A DNA stretch of 64,000 nt from an uncultured bacterium. Its GTDB lineage: Bacteria > Zixibacteria > MSB-5A5 > GN15 > FEB-12. The stretch is taken from NCBI GenBank assembly GCA_965372795.1, contig CBDVDR010000001.1, positions 32,001 to 96,000 on the forward strand. Reading direction: 5' to 3'. The stretch's first letter is position 1. Every line of letters starts with the position of its first letter. This document shows, piece after piece, positions 48,174-56,285 of this stretch. The notes beneath the pieces were generated by a model. The model had not been told where the DNA came from. It searched no databases and was given only the letters and a program-made list of their open reading frames with translations. The position numbers and the translations under genes are program-made.

Positions 48174-51100
48174 ATGGTTAAACTTACTATCAACGGAAAA
48201 GAAATTTCGGCATCACCCGACAAAACAATTTTGCAGGTATGCCACGAACAAAACTTAGACACCATTCCAACCTTATGCTACGACAAGAAGCTTCCCCCTA
48301 TCGGTTCCTGCTTCCTGTGCGTAGTTGAAATGGAAGGACAGAAAAAACTGTTCCCTTCCTGTGCAACTAAAGTTGGCGAAGGAATGGTTCTTCACACTCG
48401 CTCAGAAAAAGTTGTCAGAGCCCGAAAAAGCTGTCTGGAACTTTTACTGAGTGACCACTATGCTGACTGTTTCGGTCCCTGTCGACTGAACTGCCCGGCT
48501 GATGTTGATATTCAGGGTTATATGTCCCTTATCAATCTTGGCAAATTCAAAGAAGCAGTCGCTTTGATTAAAGATAAAAACCCGCTTCCATCGGTTTGCG
48601 GGCGTGTCTGTACCCGTAAATGTGAAATCAACTGCCGCCGGTCAAGTCTTGATTCTCCGGTAGGGATTGATTTCCTCAAACGCTACGCCTCTGATCAGGA
48701 TATGATTGGTGAGATGTGGCAACCGGAAGTCAAACCGGACAATGGCAGACAAGTTGCCATTATTGGTGGCGGTCCGGCTGGATTAACAGCCGCTTATTAT
48801 CTGGTGATTGACGGCTATCGTCCAACCATATTTGAAGCTCTTCCCAAAATGGGTGGGATGCTTCGCTATGGAATCCCTGAATACAGACTTCCTAAAGATG
48901 TTCTTGATAAAGAAATCAACTGGATAACCTCAATGGGCGTTGATGTCAAAACTGATACCATGCTTGGTAGAGATATCTCTATTGATGGTCTTTTCAAAGA
49001 TGGTTTTGAAGCTATCTTTGTTGGTCTTGGCGCTCAGGTTGGAAAACCGATGTGGGTTGATAACGAAGATGCCGAAGGTGTTCTCTCCGGCGTTGAGTTT
49101 TTGAAACAAGTCGAGATGAAAACCAATCCTCCGGTCAAAGGCAAAGTTATCGTTGTCGGTGGTGGTAATACTGCTATTGATGCCGCCCGTACTTCTTTGC
49201 GTCTCGGGGCTGATGAAGTCATCCTTCTCTATCGCCGTACTCGCAAAGAAATGCCTGCAAATGAAATGGAAATCGTTGCCGCCGAAGAAGAAGGCGTCAA
49301 AATGGAATTCCTCGCCGCTCCGGTCATTATCAACAAAGACGACAATGGAAGACTAAAATCAATCAGTTGTCTTCGGATGGAACTTGGCGAACCAGATGAC
49401 AGCGGTCGCAGACGTCCGGTTAAAATCGAAGGATCGGAATATATTCTTGAATGTGATTGGGCTATTGCTGCCATCGGTCAGGAACCTGACCTTGAAGGTA
49501 TTGATGGCGACAAAGATATTGCTACTACTAAATGGAAAACTATTGATGCTAAAGAAGGCACCTTTAACACCGATCGCCCCGGCGTTTTTGCCGGCGGAGA
49601 TGTTGTTACCGGTCCGGCTGATGCTATTGATGCTATTGCTGCCGGTCGAATGGCTGCCCGGGCAATCCATAAATATATCACCAAAGGTGTAATCGAACCT
49701 CTGGCTGATCGTTTTGAAAGCAAAAGAGATAATTTCCACAAGATCACTGCCGATGATTTAAAAGAGATTGAAACCAGTGATCGCCACCATATGCCCGAAG
49801 TAGAAGCCGCTGACCGAATCAAAACATTTGATGAAGTCGAAACCGGCTATACTGATAAAATGGCTTTTGAAGAATCCCTGCGTTGCGCCGAATGCGGTTG
49901 CGATGTTGGCTTGGATTGTATCCTTCAGGATTACTGTACCGAGTACGGTGTCGAACAGGATCGTTTTATCGGTGCCTATAACCGCTACAAAGTTGACACC
50001 CGTCATCCGTTCATTAAAATTGATTCCAACAAATGTATCCGGTGCGGACGTTGTGTCGGTGTCTGTTCTGAAATCTTAAATGTCTCTGCCTTAGGCTTTG
50101 TAAATCGCGGTTTCAAAACTATTGTGAAACCGGCTATGGAAAAAGCATTAAATCATACCAACTGCGTCTCCTGCGGTAACTGCATAGATGTTTGCCCGAC
50201 CGGCGCTTTGGTTGAAAAAATGCCGTTCCGCCGTAGTGGTCCCTGGCAGATGGAATCAGTCTTTAATGTCTGCAACTACTGTTCTGTCGGTTGTAACATT
50301 ACTCTTAATGTTAAAACTCCGGACATATTTTATGTAACCGGTGCTCCGCCTGATGAAGGTCCTAACAAAGGGGAACTTTGTGTTAAAGGTCGTTTTGGAT
50401 ACCAGCATTATCTCGACGGAAGCCGTATCACTAAACCGATGATTCGTAAAAATGACCAGCTTGTCGAAGCAAGTTGGGATGAAGCTTTTGAAGCTATCGA
50501 AAAAGGCTTCAAAAACATTTACGATGAACACGGTCGCGACTCGGTCTTTGTGTCAGCTTCTCCAAAACTGACTAACGAAGAGCTCTACCTTGCCGGTCGT
50601 CTCTCTCGTGACTCTATCAAGACCAACAATATCACTTCATTCCACCGTCAGATAAATGACGCCGACTATCATTCACTTGATGATATGATTGGAACAACCT
50701 TTGCTACGGTAGATGAAAAAGATATTGATAACGCCGACCTGTATATTTTCCTCGGTGGTAATCCAAGTTCTGAAAACCCGGTCCTTGGCTGGCAGATGAA
50801 ACGGAAGATGCGTCATGGCACCAAAGCTATTGTCATAAACTCGTCTGAAATTGATCTGGCAAAATATGCTTCTGCCTGGGCAGATAACCGCAGAGGAACC
50901 TCCACTGTTCTGTTAAACGGCATAATGGGTGAGCTGATTCGTCAGGGTAAAGTTGATGAATCTTTCTTAAATGATAAAACAACCAACTACGATCAGTTTA
51001 AAAAAGAACTAAGCAAAGTTGATCTGGAAGAAACCGCCAATATTACCGGCGTAACTTCTGATAAGATTAAACAGATTGTTGAAATTCTTTCTAACCCTGA

Positions 51101-51905
51101 TCAAAAAGTTGTTGCGGTATATAATATTGAAAGCCGAATTGACCGATCAACCAACGATCTGAAAGCTCTGATGTCTTTGCTTATGCTTTTAGGCAAAGTC
51201 GGAGTCGACGGTTCCGGCTTAGTTTTACTGAGCAATCAGTGCAACTTGAACGGGATGCAATCTTCCGGCTTTGATCGTCATATTCTCCCCGGTGGTACAA
51301 CCTTTGATGACCCTGCCGGTCTCAAAGAATTGTCGGCGGTCTGGCAGAATGACATCACCGAACTGTTTAAAACTTCCGGAATGAATTTCCAGAAGAAAGT
51401 TCGTGAAGATAAAATCCGCGCCGGACTTATTTTTGGCGAAAACCCGGCAGCAGCTGATGAGTTTAACAGTGCTGTTGATAAACTCGATTTCTTAGTCGTT
51501 GCCGATCTGTTTAAAACCGAAACGGCTCAGATGGCGGATGTTTTCTTGCCGCTGTCTTCATATCTTGAAACTGAAGGGCATCTCACCAAATGGGATGGCA
51601 CCTCGCAATATACTAATCCAATCGGAGAACCTCTGAATGGAATGAGTAACGTTGACATCATTAAACGCTTGTCGAAACTTCTCGGCAAAGAATTCCACTA
51701 TAATAAGTTTAATGAAATCGCCAGCGAACTTGATTATCTCAAGAAAAAACTCAGTCCTTCAATAAATGGCTCTTTCCCGACTTCTGACGGAAAAGCGCAT
51801 TTTGTTCTCTATTCTTCTGAAATTTCGTCAACTTCGGCAAAAATCACCGAAGTTATCGAGATAGATGCAAGAATTTCTAAAAGAACACAGACTATCAGGT
51901 CCTGA
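48174..51905 (+). CDS. Fused NuoG-like Fe-S / GltD(NfnL)-like FAD-NADPH oxidoreductase / degenerate molybdopterin-type domain
   Basis: [2Fe-2S] PTLC..SCFLC..PSC; GGGPAG and GGGNTAID..YRR; CIRCGRCVGVC, CVSCGNCIDVCP, CNYCSVGC..LCVKG; no Cys/Sec at the FDH ligand position (TNNITSFHRQ). Confidence 0.85.
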   Translation: MVKLTINGKEISASPDKTILQVCHEQNLDTIPTLCYDKKLPPIGSCFLCVVEMEGQKKLFPSCATKVGEGMVLHTRSEKVVRARKSCLELLLSDHYADCFGPCRLNCPADVDIQGYMSLINLGKFKEAVALIKDKNPLPSVCGRVCTRKCEINCRRSSLDSPVGIDFLKRYASDQDMIGEMWQPEVKPDNGRQVAIIGGGPAGLTAAYYLVIDGYRPTIFEALPKMGGMLRYGIPEYRLPKDVLDKEINWITSMGVDVKTDTMLGRDISIDGLFKDGFEAIFVGLGAQVGKPMWVDNEDAEGVLSGVEFLKQVEMKTNPPVKGKVIVVGGGNTAIDAARTSLRLGADEVILLYRRTRKEMPANEMEIVAAEEEGVKMEFLAAPVIINKDDNGRLKSISCLRMELGEPDDSGRRRPVKIEGSEYILECDWAIAAIGQEPDLEGIDGDKDIATTKWKTIDAKEGTFNTDRPGVFAGGDVVTGPADAIDAIAAGRMAARAIHKYITKGVIEPLADRFESKRDNFHKITADDLKEIETSDRHHMPEVEAADRIKTFDEVETGYTDKMAFEESLRCAECGCDVGLDCILQDYCTEYGVEQDRFIGAYNRYKVDTRHPFIKIDSNKCIRCGRCVGVCSEILNVSALGFVNRGFKTIVKPAMEKALNHTNCVSCGNCIDVCPTGALVEKMPFRRSGPWQMESVFNVCNYCSVGCNITLNVKTPDIFYVTGAPPDEGPNKGELCVKGRFGYQHYLDGSRITKPMIRKNDQLVEASWDEAFEAIEKGFKNIYDEHGRDSVFVSASPKLTNEELYLAGRLSRDSIKTNNITSFHRQINDADYHSLDDMIGTTFATVDEKDIDNADLYIFLGGNPSSENPVLGWQMKRKMRHGTKAIVINSSEIDLAKYASAWADNRRGTSTVLLNGIMGELIRQGKVDESFLNDKTTNYDQFKKELSKVDLEETANITGVTSDKIKQIVEILSNPDQKVVAVYNIESRIDRSTNDLKALMSLLMLLGKVGVDGSGLVLLSNQCNLNGMQSSGFDRHILPGGTTFDDPAGLKELSAVWQNDITELFKTSGMNFQKKVREDKIRAGLIFGENPAAADEFNSAVDKLDFLVVADLFKTETAQMADVFLPLSSYLETEGHLTKWDGTSQYTNPIGEPLNGMSNVDIIKRLSKLLGKEFHYNKFNEIASELDYLKKKLSPSINGSFPTSDGKAHFVLYSSEISSTSAKITEVIEIDARISKRTQTIRS

Positions 51906-51928
51906 TAAAATCTGTGTTTAGATTGCCT

Positions 51929-51970
51929 AAAGCCGTTTTTTTAATTTTTGGAAAAGCGGCTTTCTTTTTT
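51929..51970 (+). terminator. Intrinsic terminator after the oxidoreductase operon
   Basis: AAAGCCGTTTTT...AAAAGCGGCTTT followed by CTTTTTT. Confidence 0.7.
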
Positions 51971-52076
51971 CTTATAATTTTTTTAAAAATAACCATTTAG
52001 ACCCTTGCGCAAAAATTTTAAAATATTATCTTGGCGCCAAATTGAGATTATTAACTGCTTTTTATCGAGGTGAGCA

Positions 52077-53360
52077 ATGAACAATGTCAACACTGTTGAA
52101 CAAACAAATCTGGGGTTTTCTCAGGTCTCTGACAATGAAATTTTTGATAACGAAACCAACTTCGGGGCTCATCATTATGGCCGCTTGAAATTGGTCGTCC
52201 GCAAAGCCGAAGGATGCTGGCTCTATTCTATCGATGGTAAAAAATACCTCGATTGTCTCGCTGCCTACTCGGCTGCCAATCAGGGGCACTGCCATCCTAA
52301 AATTATTAACGCTTTAACTGATGCCTTAAAAAATTCTTATGCCTCAGTTATCTCCAATGTCGTCTATACTGATTCACTGGCTATCTTCTTAAAAAAATTA
52401 GCAACCTTAGTCCCGCAGCTCGGTCTTCGCTTTGGAGCCAATGGTAACAAAGTGCTCCCGAAAAATGGCGGTGTGGAATCGGTTGAAACCGCAATCAAAG
52501 CGATGCGTTATTTTGGTTACAAAGAAAAAGGCATCGAAGACGGTAAACAGGAAATTATTGTTTTTAACAATAACTTCCACGGCCGCATGATTACAGTTGT
52601 TTCTTTCTCCCCAAGTGAAAAATCAAAAACCGGTTTTGGTCCGCTTACCCCGGGTTTCAAAATGGTTGAATATGGTGATTTTGAAGCGGCTAAAAATGCC
52701 GTCAACGAAAACACCTGCGGTATCTTAATTGAGCCGATGCAGGGTGAAGGCGGGATGTTCATTCCACCGGCAGGATTCCTTGGCAAATTAAGAGAACTCG
52801 CTGATGAAAAGAATCTGATGCTTGTCTTTGATGAAATCCAGGTCGGCATGGGTCGTACCGGAAAAATGTTTGCCTTTGAACATGAAGACGTAATCCCTGA
52901 TGGAATTATTCTTGGTAAAGCTCTCTCCGGCGGTCTGGTTCCGTTATCTTGTTTTGTTACCAATTCAAAAATTATGGACATGGCTTTCCAGCCGGGTCGT
53001 GATGGTTCCACCTTTGGCGGTTACCCTCTTGCCTGTATTGCCGGCAACGCTGCTCTTGATGTTATCGTCGAAGACAAACTTGCCGAACGTTCTGCTGAGA
53101 TGGGTGCTATTCTCAAAAAGAAAATCGAAGAAATTGCCTCACGCTCCACTCATGTTAAAGAAGTTCGCGGTCGCGGCTTGTTTATCGGTATCGAAGTGAA
53201 AAACGGAGATGCTATGCATTTCTGTCGTCAGCTTCTGGAACTTGGCGTCATGGCTAATGACTCGCATGGTCATACCATCCGCATCTCTCCACCGCTGACA
53301 ATTACTGAAACTGAAATTGATTATATGGTCGAACGCCTCGAAAAAGTCCTCGTCGACTAA
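52077..53360 (+). CDS. rocD: Class III aminotransferase, ornithine aminotransferase-like
   Basis: DCLAAYSAANQGHCHP, NNFHGR, EPMQGEGG, FDEIQ, PLP-lysine LGKALSGG, GSTFGG. Confidence 0.75.
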   Translation: MNNVNTVEQTNLGFSQVSDNEIFDNETNFGAHHYGRLKLVVRKAEGCWLYSIDGKKYLDCLAAYSAANQGHCHPKIINALTDALKNSYASVISNVVYTDSLAIFLKKLATLVPQLGLRFGANGNKVLPKNGGVESVETAIKAMRYFGYKEKGIEDGKQEIIVFNNNFHGRMITVVSFSPSEKSKTGFGPLTPGFKMVEYGDFEAAKNAVNENTCGILIEPMQGEGGMFIPPAGFLGKLRELADEKNLMLVFDEIQVGMGRTGKMFAFEHEDVIPDGIILGKALSGGLVPLSCFVTNSKIMDMAFQPGRDGSTFGGYPLACIAGNAALDVIVEDKLAERSAEMGAILKKKIEEIASRSTHVKEVRGRGLFIGIEVKNGDAMHFCRQLLELGVMANDSHGHTIRISPPLTITETEIDYMVERLEKVLVD

Positions 53361-53420
53361 CTTCGTTAGCTTGATAACTTCGTTAGTTACTGACTTCCTT
53401 AGTTACTAACTTCGGCAGTT
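53358..53420. repeat. Four tandem imperfect 16-17 bp repeats
   Basis: TAACTTCGTTAGCTTGA / TAACTTCGTTAGTTAC / TGACTTCCTTAGTTAC / TAACTTCGGCAGTT, starting at the rocD stop codon. Confidence 0.8.
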
Positions 53421-53451
53421 TGATTATTAATTTAGATTTTATCTATAAATT

Positions 53452-53481
53452 AAAAGGGAACCACATCCGGTTCCCTTTTTT
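53452..53481. terminator. Bidirectional intrinsic terminator
   Basis: AAAAGGGAACC-ACATCC-GGTTCCCTTTTTT between convergent genes. Confidence 0.85.
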
Positions 53482-53560
53482 AAATTTATTATTATACATT
53501 TACTCTTCCGTAGGTCAGATATCTCTTGGCTTCGAGACCTGATCTATACAGACAGCAATC

Positions 53561-53890
53561 TTACTTATACGGATTTGTTCTAAACTTTTCCTCTTCGGCA
53601 CACCCACAAACCGGTGCTGGCCCATTATTAAACATATAATCTACTAAATAATTAAAATCAAGAGTATCAACCTGACAATCATTATTGACATCTGCTTCTT
53701 TAAGGCACTCTGGTTTAACTCCAATCTGATTTACAAAATCCACCAAAAATGTTAAATCACTTATTCCAACCATTCCATCACTATTCACATTTCCTGCCAT
53801 TTTACAACAATTATTATCATTCAATGTACATGAATATATCGTTAGCAAAGAAACTAACATTATGACAACTATAACTGACTGCCGTTTCAA
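53561..53890 (-). CDS. Small lipoprotein consisting of a single dockerin-like module
   Basis: Lipobox-like IYS-C after a hydrophobic stretch; CCKMAGNVNSDGMVGISDLTFLVDF...EADVNNDCQVDTLDFNYLVDYMF; TTG start, GGGAG upstream. Confidence 0.75.
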   Translation of the reverse strand: MKRQSVIVVIMLVSLLTIYSCTLNDNNCCKMAGNVNSDGMVGISDLTFLVDFVNQIGVKPECLKEADVNNDCQVDTLDFNYLVDYMFNNGPAPVCGCAEEEKFRTNPYK

Positions 53891-54136
53891 AATATTAAAA
53901 CTACTCCCACGATTAGCTGAACCATATTACATATCCCTGCTTTGATTTATCTAATTCAAATATAATATGAAATTGAAAATTAAAAAGGACTTTTTACACG
54001 AGATTTACAAACCCTTCTCATCGGGTGCCCCACTCCGCCAATGGCGGACGGTGGGATTAGTTATTAATTGTCGGGTTTCTCGATGCTTGAAGCATCATCG
54101 GAACCCTACCTACAACTAAAATCAAACACACAAACC

Positions 54137-55039
54137 CTACGCCTTGCGCCAAACCGACCCCACATAAATCGCCCCAAGCGTCACCACCGCCCCGATAATT
54201 TGCACGAACAAAAGCTGTTCGGCAAAAAACAAAACTCCCCACACCGTTGCCAGAATCGGCTGAAGCAACAATGTTAATCCGCTCCTCGCTCCCTCAAGTT
54301 TCGGAATCGATGAAGATATCGCCCACCATCCAAGTGACTGGGCTACTAATGCCAATGAAAACAACACCGCCCAGCTATACCGGTCAGGAGGCATCATCGG
54401 AACCTGTTCGATCAATAAAATTATTCCGATAAAAAATGCCGTGAACATACTGACCCAGGCTAACAGCGTTATCGGGTGCGGCCGTTCGGTTTTCTCACCG
54501 GCAAATTTCAAAGTCACCAGATACATCGAATACACAGCTCCGGTCGCCAAACCGAATATTATTCCATCAATATACCTTTTTGTAAACTCTACTTCCGACC
54601 CGACCCCCACTAGTAAAGCTACCCCAACAATTGCAGTTAGTGCCGTTATAAAAAATATTAGTGAAGGCTTTTCTTTAAAGACAAAATAACTCAAAACAGC
54701 CGTTCCAAAAACCTGCGTGTTTCCTAAAATAGTAGACATCCCCGCCCCGCAATAGATAATCGAACGATGCCAGAAAAAAAGATCCAGAGCAAACACAAAC
54801 CCGGCTATCATTGAAAGTAATACCATCAATTTTGAAATCTTTAAAGAATGCCTGGCAACAATCGACCAGGTAAATAAAATCAATGCTCCAATCGCAACCC
54901 GCCAAAATCCAATCGCAGTCGGACCGAGTAAATCCAGATTGATCATCTTCACAAACACCGGCGCAAAACTGATGCAGAGCGCTCCAAAAAGAAGGAGAAC
55001 TATTGGTGGTATTTTTTCTGTAGGTAATTTATTTTCCAT
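54137..55039 (-). CDS. DMT/EamA family transporter
   Basis: About 10 TM segments in two repeats; FWRV, FKEK, LLLQP, FAEQL motifs. Confidence 0.88.
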   Translation of the reverse strand: MENKLPTEKIPPIVLLLFGALCISFAPVFVKMINLDLLGPTAIGFWRVAIGALILFTWSIVARHSLKISKLMVLLSMIAGFVFALDLFFWHRSIIYCGAGMSTILGNTQVFGTAVLSYFVFKEKPSLIFFITALTAIVGVALLVGVGSEVEFTKRYIDGIIFGLATGAVYSMYLVTLKFAGEKTERPHPITLLAWVSMFTAFFIGIILLIEQVPMMPPDRYSWAVLFSLALVAQSLGWWAISSSIPKLEGARSGLTLLLQPILATVWGVLFFAEQLLFVQIIGAVVTLGAIYVGSVWRKA

Positions 55040-55067
55040 AAGTATAAAAACAGGCTATGCCTGTCAC

Positions 55068-56285
55068 CTAGTATTCTTGCCAGCGGTAATCAGCAAGAAC
55101 AATTAAAGCTATCAGCGACCACGACATCACCAGCGAAGTCCCGCCATAACTTAAAAACGGCAGAGCTAATCCGGTCACTGGCATAAACCCGAGGGTCATT
55201 CCTATATTTACAAAAAACTGAAACAGTAAAATGAATGCCGCACCCATAACAAGATTGGATGCAAACTTTGACCGGCTCCTTGAAGCGATCATTACTGCCC
55301 GGTAGAAAATATATCCAAACAGGAATAACACAATCAAGCTCCCCCAGAATCCGAATTCTTCACCTAAGACTGAAAATATAAAATCGGTATGACTTTCCGG
55401 TAAAAATTCAAGTCGGGTTTGGGATCCTTCAAGCATCCCTTTGCCAAGGACTCCGCCCGAACCGATTGCGATTTTGGATTGGATTATTTGATATCCGGCA
55501 CCTCGCGGGTCTCGCCCTGGATCAAGAAAAGTCAGGATGCGTGATTTTTGATAATCTGCCAGCCGATTCCAGAGAAACGGCGTTATCGTTCCAAAAGCTA
55601 AATTCCCTATTACAACAACTATGCTGAATAACATCCCCGGTCGGATTAAAGCAAGCATGACTAAAAGAACAACCAGATAAATTATCCAGGCAATCCAATG
55701 CGAGGCTGCGATAAGTGAGACCAGCGGTGAAAGGATCAAAACCAAATACCACGGTGACAGCCCTGACCAAAACCATAAACCGAATAATATTATCGGAAAA
55801 ACCATCGAGGTTCCAAGATCAGGTTGTTTAAGTATCAGAAGCATCGGAATAATTGTTAAAATTGCCGATATAGCAAGTCGCCGTTTGGATGCGACCGGAA
55901 GTTTGGTATATGCTAAAAAACGAGCCAGAGTAAATAACAATGCAAGTTTCGCAATATCTGACGGTGCCAGATTCATTGGACCAAACGAAAGCCATCTGGT
56001 TGCCCCCATTTTTGAAGATCCGATAAAAAGAACCAGAATCAATAATATTAATGAAATACCATATAACAGGTAGGCTGAAAAATCAAAAAGTTTTATCGGA
56101 AGATGAATTATTACCGCGAAAATAACAAAAGCAAACAGGAACCAATATATCTGTCTCTGAAAATAGTTTCGCATGAACTCGCTGTCAGCACCCTGTTGTG
56201 ATGAAAATATCAACATAATGCCGACCAAAGACAGCATTACAACTGCGCTAATTAATTTCCAGTCGAGATCACGATAATTAAGCAT
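55068..56285 (-). CDS. rodA: Rod shape-determining protein RodA (SEDS glycosyltransferase)
   Basis: GATRW, QPDLGT, GYQIIQSKIAIGSGG, PESHTDFIF, LPFLSYGGTS. Confidence 0.96.
   Translation of the reverse strand: MLNYRDLDWKLISAVVMLSLVGIMLIFSSQQGADSEFMRNYFQRQIYWFLFAFVIFAVIIHLPIKLFDFSAYLLYGISLILLILVLFIGSSKMGATRWLSFGPMNLAPSDIAKLALLFTLARFLAYTKLPVASKRRLAISAILTIIPMLLILKQPDLGTSMVFPIILFGLWFWSGLSPWYLVLILSPLVSLIAASHWIAWIIYLVVLLVMLALIRPGMLFSIVVVIGNLAFGTITPFLWNRLADYQKSRILTFLDPGRDPRGAGYQIIQSKIAIGSGGVLGKGMLEGSQTRLEFLPESHTDFIFSVLGEEFGFWGSLIVLFLFGYIFYRAVMIASRSRSKFASNLVMGAAFILLFQFFVNIGMTLGFMPVTGLALPFLSYGGTSLVMSWSLIALIVLADYRWQEY

Noticed and set aside
48174..51905. Formate dehydrogenase (incl. selenocysteine type), [FeFe]-hydrogenase or respiratory complex I
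   Set aside because: No Cys or in-frame TGA at the Mo-ligand position, no H-cluster motifs and no membrane nuo genes nearby.
53358..53420. CRISPR array
   Set aside because: Units are 16-17 bp and directly adjacent, with no unique spacers.
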